Assembly (NCBI GenBank): GCA_965214405.1
Contig: OZ243956.1
Coordinates: 1,280,001-1,344,000 of the forward strand
Direction of reading: 5' to 3'
DNA length: 64,000 bases
DNA from: Trueperaceae bacterium
GTDB taxonomy: Bacteria > Deinococcota > Deinococci > Deinococcales > Trueperaceae
The notes below the pieces were generated by a model, which saw nothing but the letters and a program-made list of their open reading frames with translations, did not search any database and was not told the origin of the DNA. The translations under genes were made by a program, and so were the position numbers. Of this stretch, positions 10,268-19,705 are shown piece by piece (within the stretch, counting starts at the first letter, position 1; each line of letters starts with the position of its first letter).

Positions 10268-10387
10268 GAGCAAAATCCAGTAGATTTTGCTCCTAACGTT
10301 GACATTTATGTCTTAAATTGCAGCTTGAACGTACCCCTTTCAACGCTAGACGCCGACATACCTTTTTCTGTCGGCACCCCTTAGGAG
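10268..10387 (+). promoter_or_regulatory. Structured secDF leader with anti-SD
   Basis: GAGCAAAATC/GATTTTGCTC stem; CTCCTAA (10290-96) complementary to SD TTAGGAG (10381-87); inner stems CGTTGA/TCAACG and GCCGACA/TGTCGGC. Confidence 0.6.
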
Positions 10388-10391
10388 TGAT

Positions 10392-12569
10392 ATGAACCGA
10401 CGTTCTTTAACCGGCATCGTGGTGCTCGGCGCGCTTTTGGCCGCCGTTCTTTACATGTGGCAGCCCTGGAATGCGGGCAGCAGCCCCATCAAGCTGGGCC
10501 TCGATTTGCAGGGCGGGCTGCGCGTGGTGTTGCAGGCGCAAGAGGCCAATCCCTCTCGAGAAGACTTAGACGCGGCGCGGAGCGTGATCGAAAACCGCGT
10601 CAACGCCTTTGGCGTGGCCGAGCCCGTCATCCAAACCTCGGGCGACAACCGCATCGTGGTCGAACTGCCCGGCTTGTCCTCGGCGGACCAGGACCGCGCG
10701 CTGGACCTGATTGGTCAGCAGGCGGTGCTCGAGTTTAGGCTCGTCAGGCCCGGCGCGGCGGAGCCGTTCACCTTGGACGACTTAGAGCCCGCCGCCTTTA
10801 CGGGTGAGGTTTTGCAAGACGCCAGCGCCGACTTTAACCGGGTGGGCAACGCGACGCTGGGCGGGGCGCTCGTCTATTTTGAGGTCAAACGAGAGTTCGC
10901 AGGTCAGTTTGGCGACTTTACCTCGAGCAACATCGGGCGGCGCATGGCAATCGTGCTCGACGACAACATTCAGAGCGCCCCCACGATTCAGGCGCGCATC
11001 GCCGACTCGGGGCAGATTACGGGGGACTTTACGCTCGAGGAGGCCAGCGACTTGGCCCTGGTGCTCCGCAGCGGGAGCTTGCCCATCACCCTCCAGACCG
11101 AAGAGGTGCGCGCGGTCGGGCCGAGCCTGGGTCAAGACTCGATCAACGCGGGCGCGCGCGCGGCGCTTATCGGCGGCGCGGCGGTGGTCGTGACGATTCT
11201 CTTGTACTACGGCCCGCTCTTTGGGGGCGTGCTCACGGTGGGTTTGCTTTACATCATGGCGCTCGTGTTCGGCGTCCTCGCGGGGCTGGGCGCCGCGCTC
11301 ACGCTGCCCGGTCTGGCGGGCTTGGTGCTGACGATTGGCGCGGCGGTCGACGGCAACGTGATTTCGTTCGAGCGCATTAAAGAAGAACTGCGTGACGGTA
11401 AAAGCTTGCGCTTGGCGATGCGGGGCGGCTTCGGCAACTCGCTCTCGGCCATCATTGACGCGAACGTGACGACGCTCCTCGCCGCCGCCGCGCTCTACCA
11501 ATACACCTCGGGTCCGGTGCGCGGGTTTGCCATCACCCTGGCCATCGGTATCGTCGCGGCCGTGTTCGTCAACATCGTGGTGGTGCCCTTCCTTCTCGAC
11601 GTGCTCACGCTCCGGTTCAGGCGTCCCTTGATGCCCAACGGGTTTTATGCGCGAGGCTTCAAGTTCATCAAGCGCGCCCCCATCGTGATGACGCTGTCGG
11701 GCATCCTGGCGGTGTCGGCGCTCGTGGTGGTCTTTGCCAAAGACTTAAACCTCTCGACCGACTTTACGGGCGGGAGCAACGTCTTGTTGAGCGTCAACGA
11801 CGCGACGACCGTTAACGACGTGCGCGGCGCCATCGACTCGCTCGGCATCGCGGGCGTGAGCGGGAGCGGCGCGACGGTGCAGGAAGTGCAAGACGCGACG
11901 ATCGAGGGCAAGGAGATATTGGTTCGGGTCGGCTTGACGCAGACGCAGGGCTCGAGCGAAACCTTCCCGACCGCGTTAGCGACCGCGGTGGGCGGGCGCG
12001 TGCTCCAGGCGGACTTCGTCGGCCCCTCGGTGGGTCAGGATCTGCGCACGGGCGCGTGGTACGCCGTCGCGGTGGCTTTTTCCCTCATCCTCCTCTACGT
12101 GGGCTGGAGATTCTGGCCCAACTGGATCGTCGCCATCGCCGCGATTATCGCGTCCATTCACGACGTGGGCATCGTGATGGGCTTTTTGGACCTCATCAAC
12201 GCCGAATTCAGCATCCCGGTGCTCGCGGCGCTCCTTTTCGTCGTGGGTTACTCGCTCAACGATTCCATCATCATCGCCGACCGCATCCGCGAGAATTTGC
12301 GTAAAGTCCGCGGGGCCAACTACCGCGAGATTGTGGACATGTCGGTCAACCAAACCCTGTCCCGCACGCTCATGACCTCGGGCACGACGCTCCTTCCCGT
12401 GCTGGCTCTGTTCTTCTTCGGCGGCAGCGTGCTCCGCGACTTTAGCACCACGCTGTTGGTCGGGATCGGCTTCGGGACGTACTCGAGCATCTTCATCCTG
12501 GCCCCGATGGTCGTGTGGTTCAAGGAGCGCCAGCGCCCGGGCAACCGCGCGCGGCGCAAAGCAGCTTAA
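10392..12569 (+). CDS. secDF: Fused protein translocase subunit SecDF
   Basis: 'LGLDLQGG', 'IENRVNAFGVAEP', 'DFTGG', 'GYSLNDSIIIADRIREN'. Confidence 0.96.
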   Translation: MNRRSLTGIVVLGALLAAVLYMWQPWNAGSSPIKLGLDLQGGLRVVLQAQEANPSREDLDAARSVIENRVNAFGVAEPVIQTSGDNRIVVELPGLSSADQDRALDLIGQQAVLEFRLVRPGAAEPFTLDDLEPAAFTGEVLQDASADFNRVGNATLGGALVYFEVKREFAGQFGDFTSSNIGRRMAIVLDDNIQSAPTIQARIADSGQITGDFTLEEASDLALVLRSGSLPITLQTEEVRAVGPSLGQDSINAGARAALIGGAAVVVTILLYYGPLFGGVLTVGLLYIMALVFGVLAGLGAALTLPGLAGLVLTIGAAVDGNVISFERIKEELRDGKSLRLAMRGGFGNSLSAIIDANVTTLLAAAALYQYTSGPVRGFAITLAIGIVAAVFVNIVVVPFLLDVLTLRFRRPLMPNGFYARGFKFIKRAPIVMTLSGILAVSALVVVFAKDLNLSTDFTGGSNVLLSVNDATTVNDVRGAIDSLGIAGVSGSGATVQEVQDATIEGKEILVRVGLTQTQGSSETFPTALATAVGGRVLQADFVGPSVGQDLRTGAWYAVAVAFSLILLYVGWRFWPNWIVAIAAIIASIHDVGIVMGFLDLINAEFSIPVLAALLFVVGYSLNDSIIIADRIRENLRKVRGANYREIVDMSVNQTLSRTLMTSGTTLLPVLALFFFGGSVLRDFSTTLLVGIGFGTYSSIFILAPMVVWFKERQRPGNRARRKAA

Positions 12570-12590
12570 AGCTCTTAGCCTCTTCGCCTG

Positions 12591-12616
12591 GCCGCTCCCC
12601 GAGGGGAGCGGCTTTC
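12591..12616 (+). terminator. Intrinsic terminator after secDF
   Basis: GCCGCTCCC-CGAG-GGGAGCGGC followed by TTTC. Confidence 0.75.
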
Positions 12617-12654
12617 GGTTGACCTCTTTCGGTTGACCTCTTTTGGTTGACCTC
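12613..12654. repeat. 3 x 14-bp tandem repeat
   Basis: tttcggttgacctc tttcggttgacctc ttttggttgacctc. Confidence 0.9.
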
Positions 12655-12772
12655 GGCGGCTTGAGATTGGGTACAAAAGACCTCACGACCGCTTTTCACG
12701 TTAGAGTCGCAAACAGGTTTTAGACCACTGCCGCTTGAGGGACAGGGCTGCTACGTTACCCCGCTCACCGTC

Positions 12773-12814
12773 TATCAGCCACTGTTTGTCAGCCACCATT
12801 TGTCAGCTACCGTC
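12773..12814. repeat. 3 x 14-bp imperfect tandem repeat
   Basis: tatcagccactgtt tgtcagccaccatt tgtcagctaccgtc. Confidence 0.75.
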
Positions 12815-12859
12815 TCAGAACGGCTACCTCGCCCCGGCGTGGCCCCGTATACTGAAGCT

Positions 12860-13513
12860 ATGAGCTCCCCCAGACCCATCCGCCTCTTGCTGGTTGACGA
12901 CCACGAAGTCGTGCGCCAGGGGCTCCACCTCTTTCTGGAGCCCGACGGTAATCTGGAAATCGTCGGCGAGGCGAGCGACGGCCAGGAAGCCGTGGCGCAG
13001 GCGGCAAGGCTCGAGCCCGACGTGGTCCTGATGGACCTGCTCATGCCGGTGCTGGACGGCGTGAGCGCGATTCTCGAAATCAAAAAGCGCCTTCCGGAAG
13101 TAGAAATCATCGCGCTGACGAGCGTGCTCGAGGACCGCCTGGTCGTGGGCGCGGTGCAGGCCGGGGCGATGGGCTACTTGCTCAAAGACACGAACGCGGA
13201 CGCGCTCATCGAGGCCATCTACGCGGCGGCTCGGGGCGAGGTCAGGCTGCACCCCGAGGCGGCCAAGCGCCTCGTGCGCGAGGTGCGTAGCGAGGGGATG
13301 CGCGAGGCGCTGACGCCGCGCGAAACCGATATCCTCCGGCTGCTCGCCAAGGGGCGGAGCAACAAAGACGTCGCCGAGGTTACGGGATTGTCCGAGGGCA
13401 CGGTGAAAACGCACGTGTCGCGCATCTTGTCCAAACTCTCCTTGGCGTCGCGCACGCAAGCGGCGCTGTTCGCGCTCAAAGAGGGGCTGGTCGGGCTTGA
13501 CGAGTCTTTTTGA
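12860..13513 (+). CDS. NarL/LuxR-family response regulator
   Basis: REC 'LLVDDHEVVRQGL...VVLMDLLMP'; HTH 'LTPRETDIL...TVKTHVSRIL'; TATACT-N6-ATG leaderless start. Confidence 0.93.
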   Translation: MSSPRPIRLLLVDDHEVVRQGLHLFLEPDGNLEIVGEASDGQEAVAQAARLEPDVVLMDLLMPVLDGVSAILEIKKRLPEVEIIALTSVLEDRLVVGAVQAGAMGYLLKDTNADALIEAIYAAARGEVRLHPEAAKRLVREVRSEGMREALTPRETDILRLLAKGRSNKDVAEVTGLSEGTVKTHVSRILSKLSLASRTQAALFALKEGLVGLDESF

Positions 13514-15023
13514 GAAACTCGGGGCCGACATCTTGGCGCGCATGTTCGAGGTGGCGGCGCACGGGCTCGCGCTGATCGACGTAAAGGGGCGGTTTCTGCA
13601 CCTCAACGCGGTGGGCTGCGGGATGCTCAGCGGCGAAAGGGAGGCGCTTTTGGGCCGGGACTTCCTAGAAAACATTACCCCGGAGGAGCGAGGCGCAGCC
13701 GGGGCGTGGTTCGCCGAGAGTTTCTACGGCGCGCCGCGCAAGCAGGACTTCACGGTGCGGTGGCCCCTGGGCGGGCGTCGCACGATGTCTTTTTTTAGCG
13801 TCCCGGTTGTGTTGGAAGCGCGGCGGGTCAGCCTCACCGCCTTTCATGACGTGACCGAGGTGCGCCGCGCGGAGTACGAGACGCGGACGCTGGCCGAGGT
13901 CGCCGCCAGCTTGGCGTTGGAGGTGTCGGTGCGAGACATTGCCAACACCCTGACCCAACGGCTCGTCGAACGCACGCGGGCGGACGCGGGCGCGGTCATG
14001 CTGCTGCCTCATGCGTCAGCCAGGGGCCGACTGGTGGGTGCTGCTGGGCTCCCCGAGGGGTTCGCCGAAAGCGCGGAAGCCGCCCTGCTGGACAACGCGA
14101 CGCCGCTGTCGCGCCTCCTTTACGCCGCGGCCAAAACGACCGTCATCCGCGCCCTTAGACGCTACTGCCACGCCGACCCGGCGTACGCGCCGCTCGACCT
14201 CCTTGCCGAGGCGCGCGCGTGGGACGCGCTCGTCTTTACGCCGCTCCTCTACCGCGGGCGCAAGGTGGGGGGGCTCTTGACCTTCTACGGGGGCGCCGCG
14301 CCCGCCGACGAGGAGCTGGCCTTTCTCCAGACCCTGGCCGACCAGAGCGTGTTCGCCATCGAGAACGCCCGGCTGTCGCTCGAGATGCAAGACCAGGCGG
14401 TGCTCGAGGAGCGCTCGAGGCTCGCGCGCGAACTCCACGACTCGGTGTCGCAGGCGCTCTACGGCATCGCCTTGGGGGCGAGGAGCGCGCGCTCCCAGCT
14501 TAACAGAAATCCCGAAAGAGTCGCCGAAAGGCTCGACTACGTCTTAAAGCTCGCCGAGGCGGGCATGGCCGAGATGCGCGCGCTGATTTTTGAGCTGCGG
14601 CCCGAAACGCTCCAGAGCGAGGGCTTGGTCGTCGCGCTGGGCAAACAAGCGGCGGCGCTCCACGCGCGGCATCACTTGACGGTCGAGACCCATCTGGGTG
14701 ACGAGCCTGCGCTGTCTTTGGTGGTCAAGGGGGCGCTCTACCGCATCGCCCAGGAGGCGCTTCACAACGTGGTCAAGCACGCCAAGGCCCGGCACGTGCG
14801 CTTGGCCCTGCGGCAAGAGGATGCGCGCGCGGTCTTAGAGGTTGGCGACGACGGGACGGGCTTCGACCCGCGCGCGGACTTTCCCGGACACCTGGGTTTA
14901 AGCTCGATGCGCGAACGCGCCGAGATGCTGGGCGGCACGTTCCGCCTGGAGAGCGAGCCCGGCGCGGGCACCCGGCTTTTGGTCGAGGTTCCGCTCCATA
15001 CCGGTGAAACCGCCCCACCTTAG
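13497..15023 (+). CDS. PAS-GAF sensor histidine kinase (HisKA_3)
   Basis: 'ERSRLARELHDSVSQ', 'QEALHNVVKHA', 'DDGTGF', 'GLSSMRERA'; no obvious TM segments. Confidence 0.9.
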   Translation: MTSLFEKLGADILARMFEVAAHGLALIDVKGRFLHLNAVGCGMLSGEREALLGRDFLENITPEERGAAGAWFAESFYGAPRKQDFTVRWPLGGRRTMSFFSVPVVLEARRVSLTAFHDVTEVRRAEYETRTLAEVAASLALEVSVRDIANTLTQRLVERTRADAGAVMLLPHASARGRLVGAAGLPEGFAESAEAALLDNATPLSRLLYAAAKTTVIRALRRYCHADPAYAPLDLLAEARAWDALVFTPLLYRGRKVGGLLTFYGGAAPADEELAFLQTLADQSVFAIENARLSLEMQDQAVLEERSRLARELHDSVSQALYGIALGARSARSQLNRNPERVAERLDYVLKLAEAGMAEMRALIFELRPETLQSEGLVVALGKQAAALHARHHLTVETHLGDEPALSLVVKGALYRIAQEALHNVVKHAKARHVRLALRQEDARAVLEVGDDGTGFDPRADFPGHLGLSSMRERAEMLGGTFRLESEPGAGTRLLVEVPLHTGETAPP

Positions 15024-15200
15024 CCTCACCCCAAGCTACCGGCCCCTACACAAAAAGATAGACGCTGGCTCGCACCTTTTGGGAGACGAAAAGCGCGGGC
15101 GAGGCTTTCACAGTGGCGTTAAGGGAGGTTTGCGCTCGAGCCCTCCCTAAGCGACACCGGAAGAAGTAACACGTAAAGAAGCATCACGTGGAGGTGGAAA

Positions 15201-15725
15201 GTGCAAAAGGTTTTGGTCGCGTACGCCAGCCTGTACGGCTCGACGCGGGACATCGCCGAGGCGGTGTCGCGCGTGCTGAACGAGCGAGGCGTGGCGGCGC
15301 CCGTCCGCCCGGCGGACGGCGTGCCGACGCTCGAGCCCTACGGCGCGGTGGTGCTGGGCAGCGCCGTTTACGAGGGGGAGTGGCTGGAGGACGGGGTGGA
15401 CTTTTTAAGGCGCTTTAGCGTGCCCCTCTCAGAGCGCCCGGTGTGGCTCTTCTCGAGCGGCACGACCGACACGGGCGCGCCCACGGAAACCATGAAGGGC
15501 TGGACCTTCCCGGGCCTGCTCGCGTCGATAGAAAGAGATATCGCGCCGCAAGATAAGGCGCTCTTTGGGGGAAGGCTGGACTCGAGCCGCCTCAGCTTCG
15601 GCGACTGGCTGCGCAACCCCTCCTTGCGCGGCGTTTCCGGCGACTTCCGCGACTGGGCGACCATCGAGGCGTGGGCTGGTGACGTTGCCACCGCGCTGAC
15701 GATGGAGCGGGCTTTCACTCTATAA
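15201..15725 (+). CDS. Flavodoxin domain protein (HemG-like/Flavodoxin_5)
   Basis: 'VAYASLYGSTRDIA', 'VVLGSAVY', 'PVWLFSSG', 'GDFRDW'. Confidence 0.8.
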   Translation: MQKVLVAYASLYGSTRDIAEAVSRVLNERGVAAPVRPADGVPTLEPYGAVVLGSAVYEGEWLEDGVDFLRRFSVPLSERPVWLFSSGTTDTGAPTETMKGWTFPGLLASIERDIAPQDKALFGGRLDSSRLSFGDWLRNPSLRGVSGDFRDWATIEAWAGDVATALTMERAFTL

Positions 15726-16123
15726 ATCACCCCAACAATTTACCCTGGCGAACGTTGTGATTCACCGTGAAAGCGTCGGCGTTACGCGTCGGGGTCTATC
15801 TGCCGGAACTCAACCGCAAACTGTAGCGGTTTTCATCAATGCTTAGCCTATTAGCACAGGTATTATCTCCTAAACCACGCCCTACACGATAACGCATGGA
15901 CTGATTTTCTCAAACCAGATAATACCTGCTGTACATCAAAAGTTAGCGCTCTACCCTCATCTTTTGTGAGACGAAAACCGTTACGCGCTTAGACATACTC
16001 TCTCCAGTGAGGCTTATACGCTCCGGGAGGGCGGCAGCATGAGTTAAAACGGTAAAACCCGAAGAAGAAGCAGGTACAGAGCAGGCAACGTCGATGCACT
16101 TCATCCACATCCCTGGAGGGGCA

Positions 16124-16363
16124 ATGGCTGACAAAAAACCTAACGCGACAGCAACACCCAACACCACAAAAAACGCTACCGGAACACCCGCCAAATCTCA
16201 TGAAGCTCCTCATGAAGCTCCTCATGAAGCTCCACACGAAACTTCCGGGGAGCAAAGTTACGAAGGCCCCCCCGTCGGCGCCATCGCCGTGACCACCTTT
16301 TTAACGGTCGTCATCCTCTGTCTCTGGTTCGGCATGTACTTTCTCAACATCGCAAGGGGCTAA
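16124..16363 (+). CDS. cbaD: ba3-type cytochrome c oxidase subunit IIa with His-rich N-terminal extension
   Basis: 'PVGAIAVTTFLTVVILCLWFGMYFLNIARG' resembles Thermus subunit IIa; SD GGAGG. Confidence 0.8.
   Translation: MADKKPNATATPNTTKNATGTPAKSHEAPHEAPHEAPHETSGEQSYEGPPVGAIAVTTFLTVVILCLWFGMYFLNIARG
16198..16240. repeat. 12-bp coding repeat (HEAP x3)
   Basis: catgaagctcct catgaagctcct catgaagctcca cacgaa. Confidence 0.85.
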
Positions 16364-16367
16364 AGCA

Positions 16368-17309
16368 GTGAACGACAAACAGCACGAGGCCATCGCCAAG
16401 TGGGAGCGCCGCTGGCTCAACGCCGCGGGCATCTTGCTGGTGGTGTTCGTTATCTTTATCGCCATTTCGCTGGCGATGGAAGGCGGGCACATCGCGCAGC
16501 GCCAGAGCCGGGCCACGCCCGAACAGCTCGCCAGCTCGGACCTTTTCGCCAACCCCGGCGTGACGCTGGTGGGGACCTACCGCTACCGCGTGGCGCTCGT
16601 CGCGCAGACCTATTCGTTTAACCCTTCGGAAATCTACTTGCCCATCGGGTCCGAGGCCACCTTTTACATGACCTCGCGCGACGTGTTGCACGGCTATCAG
16701 GTGGAGAACACCAACATCAACGTCGAACTCGTCCCCGGCGAGGTCTCCACTTTCCAGTACACCTTTAACGAGCCCGGCGAGTACCGCGTCACCTGCAACG
16801 AATACTGCGGGATCGGTCACCAGAACATGATGGCGAAGATTTTCGTGGGCGTGCGGCCCCCCACCGACGCCGGCGTCACGATGGGCGCGGATAGTGCGGC
16901 GGAAAGCCCTCCGGTGCTCGGCGCGAATGTTTACGACACGAACTGCGCCTCCTGCCACCAGGCGGACGGGCAGGGCGTCGCGGGCGTGTACCCGCCCCTA
17001 GAAGCGCACGCTGCGCACCTCTACAACGCCCCCGGTGGGCGCGACTACCTCGTCAACCTGCTCCTCTACGGTCTTCAAGGGCCTATTCAAGTCGAGGGCG
17101 AGGTCTACAGCAACCAGATGCCCGCCTGGAAGCAGCTCGGCGACGACGAGATCGCGGCGGTCTTGAACCACACCCTCTCGAGCTGGGAAAACGAGGGACT
17201 CATAGACGCTTTTGAGCCCTATCAACCGGAGGGCATCGAACCTTTCCGCAACGAAGACCTTTCGAACGAAGACGTGTACGAACTCAGAGGGGAGCTTGGC
17301 CTTGAATAA
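16368..17309 (+). CDS. cbaB: ba3-type oxidase subunit II (CuA) fused to a C-terminal cytochrome c552
   Basis: Single TM; 'DVLHGY', 'CNEYCGIGHQNM' CuA site; then 'CASCH' heme c and 'LLYGLQG...DDEIAAVLNH'. Confidence 0.9.
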   Translation: MNDKQHEAIAKWERRWLNAAGILLVVFVIFIAISLAMEGGHIAQRQSRATPEQLASSDLFANPGVTLVGTYRYRVALVAQTYSFNPSEIYLPIGSEATFYMTSRDVLHGYQVENTNINVELVPGEVSTFQYTFNEPGEYRVTCNEYCGIGHQNMMAKIFVGVRPPTDAGVTMGADSAAESPPVLGANVYDTNCASCHQADGQGVAGVYPPLEAHAAHLYNAPGGRDYLVNLLLYGLQGPIQVEGEVYSNQMPAWKQLGDDEIAAVLNHTLSSWENEGLIDAFEPYQPEGIEPFRNEDLSNEDVYELRGELGLE

Positions 17310-17344
17310 GCTCACGGCAAAAAGAACGACAAAAGGAACCCATC

Positions 17345-19030
17345 ATGGCCGTTAGCACCGCCGCCCCGAGCCGCGCCGACGTCTACGCCGACCGTCCCGA
17401 AAAGAAGGTGACGCTTTACTTTCTCGTGACCGGACTCGTGGCGCTGCTCGTCGGCGCGCTTTTGGGACCCTTGCAGGCGATGAACTACGCGGGGGTGGAC
17501 CTCTACCGTTACTTGCCCTTTTTGGCCTCTTATTGCCAGGGGCTGACGCTCCACGGCGTTTTGAACGCGCTCGTGTTCACCACCTTTTTTATCAGCGGGC
17601 TGTTGCTTTACCTGCCCGCTCGAGAACTCAATATGCGACCCAACATGGCCTGGGTCTGGTCGGCCTACTGGGTCATGCTCGCGGGGCTGGTGCTGGCGGG
17701 AATAGCGATTGTCACGAACACTGCAAGCGTCATGTACACCTTTTACCCGCCGCTCCAAGGGAGTTGGGGCTTCTATACCGGCCTGGCGCTGGTGGTGGTG
17801 GCGAGTCTTATGGTGGGCTTCGAGGTGGTGCGGATGCGCGAACGCTGGCGCCGCGACCACCCGGGCGAGGTCACGCCGATTGTGACTTTCATGTGCGTCG
17901 TGACCTACCTCATGTGGGGGCTCGCCTCGCTGGGCATCATCGTCGAGGTTGTCGTGTTTCTTATCCCCTGGTCGCTGGGTTTGCGGGAGGGGGTTGACCC
18001 CCAGCTCGCTCGGACGCTCTTCTGGTACACGGGCCACCCCATCGTCTACTTCTGGCTCCTGCCCGCCTACGTGTCCTGGTACGCGCTTATCCCCAAACAG
18101 GCGGGCGGCGAACTCGTCTCCGATTCGCTCGCGCGCCTTGCTTTCCTAATGTTCCTGCTCTTCTCGACCCCGGTCGGCTTCCACCACCAGTTCACCGACC
18201 CCGGCATCCCCGCCGCCTGGAAGATGATCCACTCGTTTCTCACCATGATGGTGGGCATCCCGAGTTTGCTCACCGCCTTTACGGTGGCGGCTTCGGTGGA
18301 GGTCGGCGGCAGGAACCGCGGCGGAGAGGGGCCGTTCGGCTGGATAGGCGCGTTGCCCTGGGGCAGCGCGGCTTTTACCGCGCAGGTCTTGGCGATGGTG
18401 TCATTCATCTTCGGCGGGGCGGGCGGCATGGTCAACGCGAGCTTTAACCTTAACGCCCTGATTCACAACACCGCCTGGGTGCCGGGGCATTTTCACATTA
18501 CCGTGGGCACCGCGACCACGCTGACCTTTTTCGGCATCACCTTCTGGCTGGTGCCGCACCTCACGCGCAAGCCGCTCTTCTCGAACCGGCTGGCGCTCTG
18601 GGCGAGCTGGACCTGGTTCGTCGGCATGATGGTGTTCGCTTTCGGGATGCACTGGCAGGGGCTTCTGGGTGTTCCGCGCCGCGCGCAGATATCAGACTTG
18701 TCGCCCAACTTGCAGGGCGCTTACGAAGGCGCGGCGGTTCCTCAGTTTTTCACGGGTCTGAGCGGGGTCATCTTGCTCGTGTCGGTGATCCTCTACTTCA
18801 CTGTTCTTTTCGGCACGCTCTTTGCGCGCAAGCGCCTGGACGAGCGGGAGAGCCCGGCCATTCCCTTTGTGAAGAGCGTGGAGCTGCGCAGCGAGGGCAC
18901 CCTGAGGCTGCTCGACAGCATTTACGTCTGGTTCGCTCTCGCCGCGTTTCTGGTGCTGGTCGCTTACGGCCCGACGCTCATCGACATGTTCTTGAACCAG
19001 GTGCCCGTGCCCGGCCTGAGGCTCTGGTAA
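17345..19030 (+). CDS. cbaA: ba3-type (B-family) heme-copper oxidase subunit I
   Basis: 'QGLTLHGVLN', 'GHPIVYFWLLP', 'GFHHQF', 'HNTAWVPGHFH'. Confidence 0.95.
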   Translation: MAVSTAAPSRADVYADRPEKKVTLYFLVTGLVALLVGALLGPLQAMNYAGVDLYRYLPFLASYCQGLTLHGVLNALVFTTFFISGLLLYLPARELNMRPNMAWVWSAYWVMLAGLVLAGIAIVTNTASVMYTFYPPLQGSWGFYTGLALVVVASLMVGFEVVRMRERWRRDHPGEVTPIVTFMCVVTYLMWGLASLGIIVEVVVFLIPWSLGLREGVDPQLARTLFWYTGHPIVYFWLLPAYVSWYALIPKQAGGELVSDSLARLAFLMFLLFSTPVGFHHQFTDPGIPAAWKMIHSFLTMMVGIPSLLTAFTVAASVEVGGRNRGGEGPFGWIGALPWGSAAFTAQVLAMVSFIFGGAGGMVNASFNLNALIHNTAWVPGHFHITVGTATTLTFFGITFWLVPHLTRKPLFSNRLALWASWTWFVGMMVFAFGMHWQGLLGVPRRAQISDLSPNLQGAYEGAAVPQFFTGLSGVILLVSVILYFTVLFGTLFARKRLDERESPAIPFVKSVELRSEGTLRLLDSIYVWFALAAFLVLVAYGPTLIDMFLNQVPVPGLRLW

Positions 19031-19548
19031 TGCTCGAGCTCATCCTCTCCTCTGTCATGGCGGGCACCGTCGCCACTGCCGTGATGGTGGTGTTTCTCTA
19101 CCTGCCGCTCCTCTGGGGCGGGATGTACTACGACACGCTGGGCGCGATTGGCGGCATTTTCCTGCGGCCCATCGAGGGGCGCTCGCGCCTCTTGGGTGGG
19201 CTCATCTTGCTCGTGGGCGGCGTGCTCTTTGCGCTCTTTTACGGCTCGTTCGTGCTCATGTTCATGCGCGGCCCCTTTCCCGCGCCCGACTATACGGTGC
19301 TGCGGGGCTGGCCGGTGCAGGTCAACCTTTTTTATCCGCTTTTCGGGCTCGTGGGGGGGCTGGGGCAGGGCATCTTTATGTCCTTGATTACCACCTTTAT
19401 CGTGACCGACTTCTACCCCGTCGAGTCGTACCGCAACGAGCTCACCCTCATCCTGTCCTACATCATCGGTCACGTCATTTACGGCGTGACCGTGATGTTT
19501 TTTCAGAGCCAGTTTTTGCAACTCCTGTTGGGAGGGATGAGCGCGTGA
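19030..19548 (+). CDS. Small 4-TM membrane protein, last gene of cba operon (possible assembly factor)
   Basis: TAATG overlap with cbaA; hydrophobic; 'IGHVIYG'; position analogous to Thermus cbaX. Confidence 0.7.
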   Translation: MLELILSSVMAGTVATAVMVVFLYLPLLWGGMYYDTLGAIGGIFLRPIEGRSRLLGGLILLVGGVLFALFYGSFVLMFMRGPFPAPDYTVLRGWPVQVNLFYPLFGLVGGLGQGIFMSLITTFIVTDFYPVESYRNELTLILSYIIGHVIYGVTVMFFQSQFLQLLLGGMSA

Positions 19549-19705
19549 CGTCGGGCACTGTTGTTTGAGCCTTTTTTGCCTGTTTCTCGCCCGTTTTTAA
19601 CCCTCTTGTGAGGCGGCTCGAGTTCACGCGCCTGGCTTACTGTTCTGTCAACTTTTGTTTGATGTACCCGTGGCAAACTTTAGTGTCTGAAGTCGGACAT
19701 CGGGA

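Noticed and set aside
9952..10296. Alternative 114-aa ORF upstream of secDF
   Set aside because: Overlaps the better candidate (9932-10255), has no signal-like segment and runs through the leader hairpin
15750..15985. TTGTGA half-sites upstream of the cba operon (Rex/CRP-like)
   Set aside because: No matching TCACAA half-site at the correct spacing
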